Source of the DNA: Spirochaetota bacterium
GTDB lineage: Bacteria; Spirochaetota; UBA4802; UBA5550
Assembly: GCA_963664815.2 (NCBI GenBank)
Contig: CAXXHB010000003.1
Coordinates: 512,001 to 576,000 of the forward strand
Length of the DNA stretch: 64,000 nucleotides
Reading direction: 5' to 3'
This document shows positions 39,569 through 50,515 of the stretch, piece after piece. Numbering within the stretch: the first letter of the stretch is position 1; every line of letters begins with the position of its first letter. The translations under genes were made by a program, and so were the position numbers. Under the pieces are notes generated by a model. It was given only the letters and a program-made list of their open reading frames with translations. It searched no databases and had not been told where the DNA came from.

Positions 39569-42500
39569 GTGCCGAAAAGAGAAGATATAAAAAAGATACT
39601 GATAATCGGGTCAGGGCCGATCGTTATAGGACAGGCGTGCGAGTTTGATTATTCAGGATCGCAGGCCTGTAAATCGCTGAAAGAAGAGGGATATGAGGTA
39701 GTTCTGGTAAACTCCAATCCGGCAACTATTATGACCGATCCTGAACTTGCGGATAAAACATACATTGAACCGATTTATCCTGAAGTAGTTGCTAAAATTA
39801 TTGAACTTGAGAGGCCTGATGCAGTTCTTCCCACAGTCGGCGGACAAACTGCATTGAATACGGCAATGAAACTTGATGAAATGGGTATATTAAAAAAATT
39901 TAATGTTGAACTGATCGGGGCAAATATTGAATCCATAAGAAAGGCTGAGGACAGGGATCTGTTTAAAAAGGCTATGTTGAAAATTGGGCTGGATGTCCCT
40001 GAATCGGGGCTTGTTTCCACTATTGAAGAGGCACTATTGGTTCTCAACAGGATAAAACTCCCGATTATAATAAGACCGGCTTTTACACTGGGAGGTACCG
40101 GCGGGAATATTGTTTATAACAGGGAGGAATTTGTTGATCTTGTAAAAAAAGGACTCGATGAATCGCCGATCAACCAGGTTTTACTTGAAGAATCCGTAAT
40201 CGGATGGAAAGAGTTTGAGCTTGAGGTAATGAGAGACAAACATGATAATGTTGTAATAGTCTGCTCAATAGAGAATTTTGATCCAATGGGGGTTCATACA
40301 GGTGATTCAATTACTGTAGCACCTCAGCAGACACTTACAGACAGGGAATACCAGAATCTCCGTGATATGGGAATTAAAATAATAAGGGAGATAGGCGTTG
40401 ATACAGGCGGATCAAACATACAGTTTGCCGTTAATCCATCAACCGGCCGTGTAATAGTAATAGAAATGAATCCCAGGGTAAGCAGAAGTTCCGCACTGGC
40501 GTCAAAGGCAACGGGATTCCCCATAGCAAAAATTGCTGCAAAACTGGCTGTAGGGCTTACGCTTGACGAAATTTCCAATGATATAACAAGGGAAACACCT
40601 GCGTCCTTTGAGCCAACGATAGATTATGTTGTTGTAAAGGCTCCAAGATGGGCCTTTGAAAAATTTGAAGGAGCTGACAACCGGCTTGGTGTTCAGATGA
40701 AGTCTGTCGGGGAATCCATGGCAATCGGCCGTACCTTTAAGGAATCTTTTCAGAAGGCTTTAAGGTCTCTGGAGATTGACAGGGCGGGTTTTGGTTCAGA
40801 TGGTAATCTTAAACTTTCCGCATATTTATCATCTCTATCATACCAGGAACGTGATACGGTTTTTGAAAGAGAGATTAGCGCTCCGAAAGAGGATCGTGTT
40901 TTTTATATTAAAGAGGCCTTAAAACGGGGAAAGGGTGTTGACTGGATATGCCGTTTGTCAGGGATAGATCCCTGGTTTATAAACCAGTTGAAGGAACTTG
41001 TGGATGAAGAGAATATCTTCGAAGAAGAGTGCAGAACATCAGGGGTAAATCCTGATACTGTAAAAAGAATGAAAAATCTCGGATTCTCTGACAGGCAGCT
41101 TGGATTTATTGCAAACAGGGAAACCATCGAGGACCTGTATGGCAAGGGACCATTATTCCAGAAAAAATATTCAATGAGTGTAAGACACGCAGAGAGCGAG
41201 ATAAGAAATCTGAGAAAAGAAAACGGCATATTCCCCGGTTTCCGTGTTGTTGATACATGCGGCGGGGAGTTTGAGGCGTATACTCCGTATTATTATTCAT
41301 CCTATGACGGTGAAAATGAATCATTCAGAACTGACCGTAAAAAAATAATGATACTTGGCGGCGGACCTAACAGGATAGGGCAGGGTATAGAGTTTGATTA
41401 CTGCTGCTGTCATGCTTCATTCGCCCTGAGAGATGAAGGGATTGAATCCATAATGGTTAATTCCAATCCGGAAACAGTATCGACGGATTATGATACTTCC
41501 GACAGGCTGTATTTTGAACCACTGACCCTTGAGGATATACTTCACATTTATGAAATTGAAAAGCCCGATGGCGTAATTGTCCAGTTTGGGGGACAGACCC
41601 CTTTAAGACTGGCTAAATCACTTGAAGAAAACGGGGTGAAGATAATAGGCACATCTCCGGATTCAATAGACAGGGCTGAAGACAGGGAACGGTTTGCAAA
41701 TGTTGTCGATAAACTCAAACTGAGGCAGCCTGAAAACGGTATAGCGTTTAATGAAGATGATGCGGTAAAGATTGCCACGCATATAGGCTATCCGGTGCTT
41801 GTAAGGCCTTCATATGTTCTTGGCGGAAGAGCTATGGCAATAATTTATGATGAGGCAAGCCTTCATAACTATATAAATACGGCCGTAGAGCTTTCACCGG
41901 AACATCCGATTCTTGTTGATAAATTTCTTGAAGATGCAGTTGAAGTTGATGTAGACGCAATTTGTGACGGAGAGGATGTTTATATCGGTGCTATTATGGA
42001 ACACGTTGAAGAAGCCGGTATTCATTCCGGAGATTCAGCATGTATTATCCCCCCGATGACTATTACAGTGAATCTTCAGAATCAGATTATTGAAGTTACT
42101 AAAAAACTTGCGCTTGAACTTAATGTAATAGGGCTTCTTAATATACAGTATGCAATAAAAGATGATGAACTTTTTATAATTGAGGTAAATCCCCGGGCAT
42201 CACGAACTGTGCCATTTGTATCAAAAACAACCGGTATTTCACTGGCAAAAATGGCGGTGAAAGTAATGATCGGCAAAAAGCTTAAAGACCTCGGTCTTAC
42301 CGTGATGAAAAAGTTTCCCTATGTAAGCGTTAAAGAGGCAGTTCTTCCGTTCAATAAATTTCCGGGGGTTGATATTCTTCTTTCGCCCGAGATGAAGTCC
42401 ACGGGGGAGGTTATGGGGATTTCCTATAACTTTGGCGAATCCTATTTTAAAGCTGAACTCGCTGCCGGAGACAGACTGCCGGTTGAGGGTACAGTCTTTT

Positions 42501-42892
42501 TAAGTATAAATGATATGCACAAGGGGCAGCTGATTGAAGAGGTGAGATTACTTCATGAAAATGGCTTTAAACTTATCGCCACAAAGGGAACTGCCAAGTT
42601 TTATAATGATCATAATATTCCCTGTGAAATGGTTTATAAAGTCAACGAGGGGAGACCAAATGTTGTTGACCGTATTAAGGATCTTGATGTTGATTTTGTG
42701 ATAAACACTCCTCTTGGCAAAGTAACACGTGATGACGCATATTCAATACGACAGGCTTCAACAAGATATCATGTCCCCACAGTTACAACGGTATCAGCGG
42801 CGAAGGCAGCGATTAATGGGCTTTTATATGTACGAAAAAACCATGAACTTTCAGTTAAACCTATACAGGAATACTACAAAGAGGTGGAATAG
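39569..42892 (+). CDS. carB: carbamoyl-phosphate synthase large subunit
   Basis: [17 protein letters not shown], duplicated ATP-grasp domains and C-terminal MGS domain; GTG start. Confidence 0.98.
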   Translation: MPKREDIKKILIIGSGPIVIGQACEFDYSGSQACKSLKEEGYEVVLVNSNPATIMTDPELADKTYIEPIYPEVVAKIIELERPDAVLPTVGGQTALNTAMKLDEMGILKKFNVELIGANIESIRKAEDRDLFKKAMLKIGLDVPESGLVSTIEEALLVLNRIKLPIIIRPAFTLGGTGGNIVYNREEFVDLVKKGLDESPINQVLLEESVIGWKEFELEVMRDKHDNVVIVCSIENFDPMGVHTGDSITVAPQQTLTDREYQNLRDMGIKIIREIGVDTGGSNIQFAVNPSTGRVIVIEMNPRVSRSSALASKATGFPIAKIAAKLAVGLTLDEISNDITRETPASFEPTIDYVVVKAPRWAFEKFEGADNRLGVQMKSVGESMAIGRTFKESFQKALRSLEIDRAGFGSDGNLKLSAYLSSLSYQERDTVFEREISAPKEDRVFYIKEALKRGKGVDWICRLSGIDPWFINQLKELVDEENIFEEECRTSGVNPDTVKRMKNLGFSDRQLGFIANRETIEDLYGKGPLFQKKYSMSVRHAESEIRNLRKENGIFPGFRVVDTCGGEFEAYTPYYYSSYDGENESFRTDRKKIMILGGGPNRIGQGIEFDYCCCHASFALRDEGIESIMVNSNPETVSTDYDTSDRLYFEPLTLEDILHIYEIEKPDGVIVQFGGQTPLRLAKSLEENGVKIIGTSPDSIDRAEDRERFANVVDKLKLRQPENGIAFNEDDAVKIATHIGYPVLVRPSYVLGGRAMAIIYDEASLHNYINTAVELSPEHPILVDKFLEDAVEVDVDAICDGEDVYIGAIMEHVEEAGIHSGDSACIIPPMTITVNLQNQIIEVTKKLALELNVIGLLNIQYAIKDDELFIIEVNPRASRTVPFVSKTTGISLAKMAVKVMIGKKLKDLGLTVMKKFPYVSVKEAVLPFNKFPGVDILLSPEMKSTGEVMGISYNFGESYFKAELAAGDRLPVEGTVFLSINDMHKGQLIEEVRLLHENGFKLIATKGTAKFYNDHNIPCEMVYKVNEGRPNVVDRIKDLDVDFVINTPLGKVTRDDAYSIRQASTRYHVPTVTTVSAAKAAINGLLYVRKNHELSVKPIQEYYKEVE

Positions 42893-43435
42893 ATGTCGGC
42901 AGAGAAAAAAATTCTTGATAAGAAGGAAATTGACAGAATAATAAGCGGGTTGTCAAAAGACATTTTCCGTGACATTGAAAATATTGATAACTTTGCAATT
43001 ATCGGGATTCATACACGCGGCGTGGAGCTGGCTGACAGAATCAGAAAGGAAATTGAGAAACTCTCGGGCAGAGAGATAAAGCACGGGACCCTGGATATTT
43101 CATTTTACCGTGATGATCTCGCAACCAGGGGGAAACTTCCAGTTCTCAAAGAAACTCTCATAGAATTCAATATTAACAAAAAAAATATTCTGCTTGTTGA
43201 CGATGTTCTTTTTTCGGGAAGAACTACAAAGGCGGCGCTTGAGACACTTACTACATTCGGAAGACCTTTTACAATAAAGCTTTTTGTGCTTGTAGACCGC
43301 GGCGGACGCGAATTGCCGATTCAACCCGATTACTGCGGATTTAAGATTACCACAACAGCCGATGACCTCGTTAAGGTAAGACTTTCGGAATTTGATAAAG
43401 TTGAAGATTCTGTTTACCTTGTAAGCGGAAAATAA
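42893..43435 (+). CDS. pyrR: pyrimidine operon regulator / uracil phosphoribosyltransferase
   Basis: GIHTRG, LDISFYRDD, VDDVLFSGRT and RELPIQPD. Confidence 0.95.
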   Translation: MSAEKKILDKKEIDRIISGLSKDIFRDIENIDNFAIIGIHTRGVELADRIRKEIEKLSGREIKHGTLDISFYRDDLATRGKLPVLKETLIEFNINKKNILLVDDVLFSGRTTKAALETLTTFGRPFTIKLFVLVDRGGRELPIQPDYCGFKITTTADDLVKVRLSEFDKVEDSVYLVSGK

Positions 43436-43525
43436 ATTAAGACATTTTCCTGTAAACCTCCCTCAATCCTGATGAGGGAGTATCCGGCACTATATAAAAT
43501 AAAAAGAGAACAGATGGTATAAGAA

Positions 43526-44443
43526 ATGAAAGAGCTTGTGATAATAGGGGGCGGCCCTGCAGGCCTTACGGCAGGAATTTACGGTATGAGGGCAGGGCTT
43601 GATCTTGTTATTTTGGAAAAATTCTCTCCCGGCGGGCAGGTGGTTAATTCATATGAGATTGAAAACTATCCCGGCTTTAGTGATCCGGTAGAGGGATGGA
43701 AGCTTATGGCGGACATGGAAGATCAAACCCGAAGGCTTGGAGCAGAGATTGTTTCTGCCGAGGTTATGTCAGTAACAAAGAACGCCGGGATATTCACTGT
43801 TAAACTCTCCGACGGGGAGATTCAGGCAAAAAGCGTAATAATAGCAGCGGGGGCGATAAACAGAAAACTTAATATTCCCGGTGAAAGAGAGTATCTGGGG
43901 CGTGGAGTCTCATATTGTGCAACATGCGATGGTGCATTCTACAAAGACAGGATAACAGTTGTTGCCGGAGGGGGTGATGTGGCGCTTGAAGAGGCTTTTT
44001 TTCTTACCAGGTTCGCGAGCAGGGTTTATCTTGTCCACCGGAGAGAACACTTTCGTGGCGCAGATATACTTCAAAAGAGGGTATTAAGCAGTGAAAAGAT
44101 TTTTCCCGTGCTCAACACCAGCATTGAATCAATAAACGGTGAAACCGGCGTGAATTCGGTAACGATTAAAAATATATTTACCGGTGAGATTAATAATCTG
44201 AAAACCGACGGAGTATTTATTTTTATCGGGTATGATCCGAACACTTCTTTTCTTGACAGCGGACTGCTTAATGATAACAGGGAGATTATTGTTGATATGA
44301 ATATGCATACAGGTGTGGAGGGTCTTTTTGCTGCTGGTGATATCAGAAGCGGGTCGAAAAAACAGATCGTAATGGCCGCTGCTGATGGTGCAACAGCAGC
44401 GCTAAGCGCCTTTGAATATCTGACAGGCACATATTGTTCATAA
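43526..44443 (+). CDS. trxB: thioredoxin-disulfide reductase
   Basis: GGGPAG, ENYPG, GVSYCATCDG, VHRR and FAAGD. Confidence 0.95.
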   Translation: MKELVIIGGGPAGLTAGIYGMRAGLDLVILEKFSPGGQVVNSYEIENYPGFSDPVEGWKLMADMEDQTRRLGAEIVSAEVMSVTKNAGIFTVKLSDGEIQAKSVIIAAGAINRKLNIPGEREYLGRGVSYCATCDGAFYKDRITVVAGGGDVALEEAFFLTRFASRVYLVHRREHFRGADILQKRVLSSEKIFPVLNTSIESINGETGVNSVTIKNIFTGEINNLKTDGVFIFIGYDPNTSFLDSGLLNDNREIIVDMNMHTGVEGLFAAGDIRSGSKKQIVMAAADGATAALSAFEYLTGTYCS

Positions 44444-44459
44444 CGAATGGAGGATTTCA

Positions 44460-44894
44460 GTGAGAAAAATAACAGGTATTCTGCTTATTGTTTCTGTTAT
44501 TGCAGCTGTAGCATGCAGCAGCAAAAAAAAATATGGAGAGATAAGAGAATTTATTAATGAAGTTGTTGCAACACAGGATGAATTTCTGTCAAAGATTGAT
44601 AAATCTGAAAATGCCGGTGATCTGGTCTCAGCAGTTGATGGTTTTGGTGATAAACTGGTGATATTGTCGCAAAAAAGCTTGGAAATTAAAAAACGCTATC
44701 CTGATGCTGATAAGTGGGTTAATGATCCCCCCGTGGAACTTAAGCCTGGCATTGATAAACTAAATGATATTGAAGGTGAATTCAGGAAGGTGTTCCTTAA
44801 AGAAAAGGTAAAAATTCTGATAAGAGACAAAAATGTTCAGACAGCATTTATTAACCTCAATAAGAAAATGGAAAATGTGAAATTCTTTCAGTAG
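44460..44894 (+). CDS. putative lipoprotein
   Basis: RBS GGAGG, GTG start and lipobox AVAC. Confidence 0.75.
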   Translation: MRKITGILLIVSVIAAVACSSKKKYGEIREFINEVVATQDEFLSKIDKSENAGDLVSAVDGFGDKLVILSQKSLEIKKRYPDADKWVNDPPVELKPGIDKLNDIEGEFRKVFLKEKVKILIRDKNVQTAFINLNKKMENVKFFQ

Positions 44895-44967
44895 TAAATA
44901 TATACCAGGTTCATTTTGATAAGCTTAATACATGAAGTGTACCGTTGCGGGGTTTATACAAGGTCAA

Positions 44968-45117
44968 TTAATAAAAAAACTCCGTAGCTTTACCACTCAA
45001 TTCAATACCAACCAGGGCTTTTATGGTAAAAGCAGCAATAAATGCAGCAGAACTGAGGCTCTGTGACAGGAACAATATCATTGTAATTTTTTTTGCTATT
45101 GTCTCATATTTTCTCAT
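44968..45117 (-). pseudogene. truncated MFS transporter N-terminal fragment (49 aa)
   Basis: RBS AGAGGA; MRKYETIAKKITMILFLSQSLSSAAFIAAFTIKALVGIELSGKATEFFY* resembles MFS TM1; divergent from the LysR gene. Confidence 0.6.
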
Positions 45118-45195
45118 TTCTTTCCTCTTTTTGTTTTTTAATTTACAAAATGATCAATCGAAATTATCCTGCCAATAGACTGATATGATCTATTA

Positions 45196-45212
45196 TATCT
45201 ATAATTCCGATA
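45196..45212. promoter_or_regulatory. LysR-type T-N11-A binding site
   Basis: TATC-N9-GATA dyad between the LysR gene and the divergent MFS fragment. Confidence 0.55.
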
Positions 45213-45238
45213 TAGTGATATATTATGGAGACATTATA

Positions 45239-46132
45239 ATGGATTTTAAACAGCTTCATACCTTCAGGACAATTGCGACGCTAGGAAGTTTTAACCAGGC
45301 AGCTGATATGCTTGATTATGCACAATCAACGGTATCAGAGCAAATTAAGATACTCGAGACAGATTTAGGGGTCAGATTGTTTAACAGAGATGGGAAATAC
45401 ATCTCACTTACTTCGGCCGGAGAACTGTTATATCAATATGCTCAAAAAATGATAAACCTTGAAGAGGAAATTCGTTCAGAGATAAAAGGGTGCGAAGAAG
45501 TTTACGGTTCATTATCAATGAGAATACCTGAAACAATCAGTACATATTTTTTACCATCAATATTAAAAAAATTTCAATATCGCTTTCCCAGAGTTGAACT
45601 CAATGTCAATTCGTGTTCATACTACGGGTTGCAGGAAGAACTGCGATCCGGAATAATCAATCTTGCATTTTTAATAACCAGAGATTTCAGAGAACTTGAC
45701 CTGGAAACATTCAGGTTACTGGAAGTGCCACTTATTATGGTTACTTATCCGGCTAATCCAATAGCAATAAAATCAAACGTTACAATTTCAAATTTAAAAG
45801 ATGAACCTATATATGTAACATCAAGCGATTGTAATTACTTCAGAATACTTGAAGGATTTTTTATCGAAGAAAAAATAAAATTAACCAGGTTGTTACGGTT
45901 TAACAGTATAGAAGCAATTAAACAAAATATGATAAACGGGATAGGTGTTGCAGTTTTACCCAGAATAGCTGTACAGGATGAATTATCAAAAGGGTTGCTT
46001 GTTGAATTACCTTTTGAAAAAGGCCCCCTTAAAGCCGATATGATAATGATCTGGCTGAAAAATAAATGGCATCCGCCTATTTTAAAGGCATTTATGGATA
46101 TCTTTATAGAAACTTTATCATGTCATTGCTGA
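45239..46132 (+). CDS. LysR family transcriptional regulator
   Basis: GSFNQAA.L.YAQSTVS.QIK.LE..LG..LF.R; ATG 45239 after GGAG. Confidence 0.95.
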   Translation: MDFKQLHTFRTIATLGSFNQAADMLDYAQSTVSEQIKILETDLGVRLFNRDGKYISLTSAGELLYQYAQKMINLEEEIRSEIKGCEEVYGSLSMRIPETISTYFLPSILKKFQYRFPRVELNVNSCSYYGLQEELRSGIINLAFLITRDFRELDLETFRLLEVPLIMVTYPANPIAIKSNVTISNLKDEPIYVTSSDCNYFRILEGFFIEEKIKLTRLLRFNSIEAIKQNMINGIGVAVLPRIAVQDELSKGLLVELPFEKGPLKADMIMIWLKNKWHPPILKAFMDIFIETLSCHC

Positions 46133-46350
46133 TTCCATATAATAGTAATTATATGATCGAACGTCTTTATAAATTTTTCCTGATGAATATCTCAACATTG
46201 CAGGAAGAACTAAATCAATGAATCACTTGAGGGAATACGGAATGATTCGGATAAGTATAAAAAAACAGAATTTAATTTAACAGAGCATTGAAGTTGACTT
46301 TTTATTATCCATGATCCGGCACTTATGATATGAAAGATTAAACTTTGATC

Positions 46351-47154
46351 TTAAAAACATTTTCTGTAGAATTTTTCCAGTCCTGATGTAACGAGTGATC
46401 CTATTTTATTCAACCTCTGTGAATCAATAACCATCTTTTCAAGGTTGAAATATGTTTCATTTAAATACAGAGATCGTGAAACCGATAGACTTAAAACCGG
46501 GATCCCCGACAGGCTGTAGTTCTTCATGATAAAACCCCTGCTCTCATGATCAGCAATTCTGAAAGTATCAGAAACAGTTTCACCCTCTTTTGACAGATTT
46601 TTACCCACTGATGCGGCGAGCTCAATGGCCATGTCGGTACTGGCTGTTTCTTTAACGCCTGAATCGGTATCGACCGTATAACCTGTAATAACAAGCGGCC
46701 TTGGCATACCTCTGTCCGGAGAGTTATATGGTCCTACCGGCATATGAGTATGACATTTAATAATTGCCCGGAATTTAATATCCCTGATGGAATTTCTTAT
46801 TAATTCATGAAACGGGAAATAGTATCTGCCCAGTATGTTTGAAATAGCTATTTCATCGGGATAGCAATCAGTTTTAAAAACAAGGCGATTCATGGTAGTT
46901 CTGGATTTAATCACGCCGTCGTTTGTAACTGGAGCCACCATTTTGTATTCTCTGTCCATATCAACAAAGATTTTTGAAACAGAGGTTGAAATCTTTTTCA
47001 TTACAATTTTGTCTGAAGGGAAAATTGCATCTGCACCGGCATCGGAATCAAAGAAGATATTAATCGGGCTCACATTTTCATATCCGCTTAACTCCTCCGG
47101 AATTGCAAGACCGCTGTGAGGAACTATGATCAGGAACGGAAGCTTTTCAGTCAT
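46351..47154 (-). CDS. N-formylglutamate amidohydrolase family protein
   Basis: IIVPHSG..IP, VDMDR, YYFPFH and RSLYL. Confidence 0.8.
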   Translation of the reverse strand: MTEKLPFLIIVPHSGLAIPEELSGYENVSPINIFFDSDAGADAIFPSDKIVMKKISTSVSKIFVDMDREYKMVAPVTNDGVIKSRTTMNRLVFKTDCYPDEIAISNILGRYYFPFHELIRNSIRDIKFRAIIKCHTHMPVGPYNSPDRGMPRPLVITGYTVDTDSGVKETASTDMAIELAASVGKNLSKEGETVSDTFRIADHESRGFIMKNYSLSGIPVLSLSVSRSLYLNETYFNLEKMVIDSQRLNKIGSLVTSGLEKFYRKCF

Positions 47155-47166
47155 AAAAACTCTTAT

Positions 47167-48984
47167 CTATTCAGGAATTACTGAAGGCGATGGAGAGTGT
47201 ATCAGGTATCCCTGGGAATAGTCAATCCCATATTCATTTGCAGCTTTTAAAATTGCTTCGTTCTCTACAAATTCGGCTATTGTTTTTATATTAAGCTCTT
47301 TACAGAGAGCTGTTATATTTTTTACTATGACCCTTGTTATTGGATCTGAATCAATTTTTCTTATCAGTGAACCGTCAAATTTTAAGTAGTCAATATTAAG
47401 TTTTGTCAGGTGGGAAAAATTGGAGTAGCCGGTTCCGAAATCATCTATGGCGAAGCTGTAGCCTGATTTTTTGCATTTTTTAATAAATGCCGCAACAAAA
47501 TCATAATTATCAAACTGCTCCGATTCAACAAGTTCCAGGGTTATCCTGTCAGCACACCAGGGATGTTTACTTATCATATCCTCGAGATAGGGAGCGAAAT
47601 CAGGGTTATAAATATCATCTGCTGAGATATTAATTGAATAAGAATAGCTGTTATTTCTCATGTAGGTAAAAACATTTTCTATTATAATTTTTGTAAGCTC
47701 GTGATACAGATTTGTCTTACGCGCAACTTCAAGATATTTTCCCGGATATTCCGGTTTCCCTTCATTATTTATTATTCTTAACAGGGATTCGTACTTTTCA
47801 ATTTTTCCGGTTTGGTTATCCATTATGGCGTGGAAGTATGGAACTATTCTTCCTGTATTAAGCGCATTGTTAAGATCTGAAAGAGTGTTCATATTATCAA
47901 TGTATCTTACGCGGTCATTGTCTTCGTCATTGTATATATGAAACTGAAGTTTTTTGCTTATTGCATGATGCAGTGCAATGTCCGCCTGCGAGATAAGGCT
48001 ATCGCTTCCGGTGGAATATGGGGCAATGCCGATAAATGGTGTAAGTGGTATGTGAGTTTCATTGTGTATATACTTTTCATCACTTATATGATTAATCAGT
48101 TCGACGGCAATAGACTTCAGTTTATTAATTGCCGAATCATCTGAAGTTTTTAAGTCGGTAACAAAAGCGAATTCCCCGCCGGAAAGATTATATGCCTTTA
48201 CTTTTAACGATGCGTTGAATAAATTAATTCTTTTTCCTATAAATTTAAGAAAATCATCCCCCAGAGAATAACCAAAGAAAGTATTGATGTCATGAAAATT
48301 TTCTATTTTAAGAATTATAAGTGAAGGGTAGATTTTATGACCGATATCCTCAATCAGCATTTTTCTGTTCGGGAGGCCGCTGGTGTTATCGTAATAAAGC
48401 TGGCGAAGCAGAAGCTTTTCAACACTTGAATGACGGAGTTCAGCATAATATGAAAAAATCGCTGTAAATATATAGAGTACAAATCCGATTGTGAGGTTGG
48501 AAGACTCATAACCTGTATTAATAAGACCGTATTTTGTCATAATAATTGCTGTAAGAAATGACAATCCTAACATAGCACACCATATGGTTCCGGTTTTAAT
48601 ACCTGAAAGATTATATGTAATAATAGGAAAAATAAGAAGGACAACATACTCGTTGAGAGTATTGTTTACCATTGTCATGGTCAGCCATAATGAAATCATG
48701 AATATTATAAATATAAAAAACCTGAACAGTCCCTGTCTGGGGATCACTTTATAGAGATAGAAAAGTATAATATAAAATATCAGGTAGATAACATGGAAAA
48801 AACTGAAGAGATATAATCCATATATTGCCCTGATTGTAAAGATAATCAGAGTAAGAATTAATCCGAGAAGGAGTGTTACGGGGATAAATCCGTCCCGGAC
48901 AAGAATATCATATATTAAAATATCATGTCTCGGGTCTATTACATAATTTCCGAGGATCCGTTCTTTCAGGGTGCCGATAATCAT
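47167..48984 (-). CDS. membrane GGDEF-EAL protein (likely c-di-GMP phosphodiesterase)
   Basis: TM N-terminus; degenerate SGGEF; EAL domain with ESL, ELVE, DDFGTGYS, EFVE and QGY. Confidence 0.9.
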   Translation of the reverse strand: MIIGTLKERILGNYVIDPRHDILIYDILVRDGFIPVTLLLGLILTLIIFTIRAIYGLYLFSFFHVIYLIFYIILFYLYKVIPRQGLFRFFIFIIFMISLWLTMTMVNNTLNEYVVLLIFPIITYNLSGIKTGTIWCAMLGLSFLTAIIMTKYGLINTGYESSNLTIGFVLYIFTAIFSYYAELRHSSVEKLLLRQLYYDNTSGLPNRKMLIEDIGHKIYPSLIILKIENFHDINTFFGYSLGDDFLKFIGKRINLFNASLKVKAYNLSGGEFAFVTDLKTSDDSAINKLKSIAVELINHISDEKYIHNETHIPLTPFIGIAPYSTGSDSLISQADIALHHAISKKLQFHIYNDEDNDRVRYIDNMNTLSDLNNALNTGRIVPYFHAIMDNQTGKIEKYESLLRIINNEGKPEYPGKYLEVARKTNLYHELTKIIIENVFTYMRNNSYSYSINISADDIYNPDFAPYLEDMISKHPWCADRITLELVESEQFDNYDFVAAFIKKCKKSGYSFAIDDFGTGYSNFSHLTKLNIDYLKFDGSLIRKIDSDPITRVIVKNITALCKELNIKTIAEFVENEAILKAANEYGIDYSQGYLIHSPSPSVIPE

Positions 48985-49129
48985 TTTATTCCTGCGTTTA
49001 TATTATTAAATTAATACAAGACGTTGAGAAAGACTCTGAATTTATTTTTTTTGCTGATTTTTTACTGCTCATGATTGAGAATTCATACTTCCTGTGGAAT
49101 GATCTGTTTCTTTTTTTAAAAGACTGTCT

Positions 49130-49531
49130 CTAAAGGTAGATCTTCTGAGTATCAAAATGGTCTGCTGCAGCACTTGAAGATGAGTTTATATTTATTCCTC
49201 TTTTAATGCCAAGTATTGAATATCTCTCCGCTTTAAGGTTATCTCTTATAAATTTCAGCGATTCAGTAAAGTCAAAATTGCCGCAACTGAAAAGATCAAC
49301 GGCGGCGAATCCGAATTCAGGCCATGTATGTATTGCCAGGTGTGATTCGGCAATAACAATTATACCGCTTATTCCATAAGGTGAAAATTTGTGGAAAAAG
49401 GGTTTAATTATCGTGGCATTGGAAATTTCAATGCCCTTTGTCATTATTTCAGCAATTTCCTCTTTATTATTAAGTATTTCGCTGCTGCAGTTGTAGAATT
49501 CAGCAAGGAAATGCCTGCCAAGATAGTCCAT
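49130..49531 (-). CDS. speD: S-adenosylmethionine decarboxylase proenzyme
   Basis: GRH, HKFSPYG and cleavage motif IAESHLAIHTWPE. Confidence 0.95.
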   Translation of the reverse strand: MDYLGRHFLAEFYNCSSEILNNKEEIAEIMTKGIEISNATIIKPFFHKFSPYGISGIIVIAESHLAIHTWPEFGFAAVDLFSCGNFDFTESLKFIRDNLKAERYSILGIKRGININSSSSAAADHFDTQKIYL

Positions 49532-49772
49532 CGATATTCCTTCAGTTGTTTATAACCTTTATGTTGTAAATTTATGCCAATATAAAGGTTTCCAAATGTT
49601 TTCCGGGAAGACTCTAAAGTCAATAAATTTTTTTACTTTTTACTCGCATAATAATGCAGAATATTTATGGAAAATTACTTTATCTTTTACCGTGACTGCA
49701 CGAGTGTAGTCATCTGTATAGATTCACCATCGTCGTTGGACGGTGATGCAATTAATTTAACAGAGGAATACC

Positions 49773-50324
49773 ATGCCTGTAAAGCTTTCTAATGATGAGA
49801 TAAAAGGGAAGAGACCTGGAATAGCTGAGCTTCTGGAATATGAAAGGTTTCCGGTAACGGTAATAGCGGAAAATGTAAGAAGTCTTTATAATGTCGGATC
49901 AATGTTCCGTACATCCGATGGTGCACTTGTTGAAAAACTCTGGCTATGCGGATATACAGGTTATCCCCCCAGGAAAGAGATAGATAAAACAGCCCTTGGC
50001 AGTGTTGCGACTGTACCGTGGGAACATAGTGAAGACACGCTCACTGTGATAAAAAATCTTAAATCTGAAGGTTGCTCAATTGTGGCTCTGGAGCATACGG
50101 ATTTAAGTGTGGATTATCTTGAAGCTGAATATAAATTTCCTGTGTGCCTTATGGTGGGCAATGAAGTAGACGGACTCAGCGAGGAAGCTGTCGCTCTGGC
50201 TGATGCGGCTGTGGAGATACCGATGTATGGGATCAAACAGTCCCTGAATGTTTCCGTGGCATATGGGATTCTTGTTTACCATTTAATTGATGAGTTCAGA
50301 AGAAAAAAATCAGAAAAACAGTAA
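49773..50324 (+). CDS. TrmH/SpoU family RNA methyltransferase
   Basis: NVGSMFRT, GNEVDG and IPM.G.KQSLNVSVA; RBS AGAGGA. Confidence 0.92.
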   Translation: MPVKLSNDEIKGKRPGIAELLEYERFPVTVIAENVRSLYNVGSMFRTSDGALVEKLWLCGYTGYPPRKEIDKTALGSVATVPWEHSEDTLTVIKNLKSEGCSIVALEHTDLSVDYLEAEYKFPVCLMVGNEVDGLSEEAVALADAAVEIPMYGIKQSLNVSVAYGILVYHLIDEFRRKKSEKQ

Positions 50325-50515
50325 GAATTGTGTGGCTTCCGGGGAATTCAATGCAATTTTCTGCTGTTCTGAAAGCATCTCAATCCTACGGTCAGTAATA
50401 CATCTGCAGAATTAGTCTGGCTGCTCTGAGTTTTTAACCTGTGAAAAATGCTAATAAATATGACATAATTTGCCGAAAATTAGTGAACGGAGTTAATCCG
50501 TCTGGAGTATCCCCC

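Noticed and set aside
43458-43480. CTCCCTCA/TGAGGGAG hairpin after pyrR
   Set aside because: No U-tract and not upstream of a pyrimidine gene, so no function can be supported.
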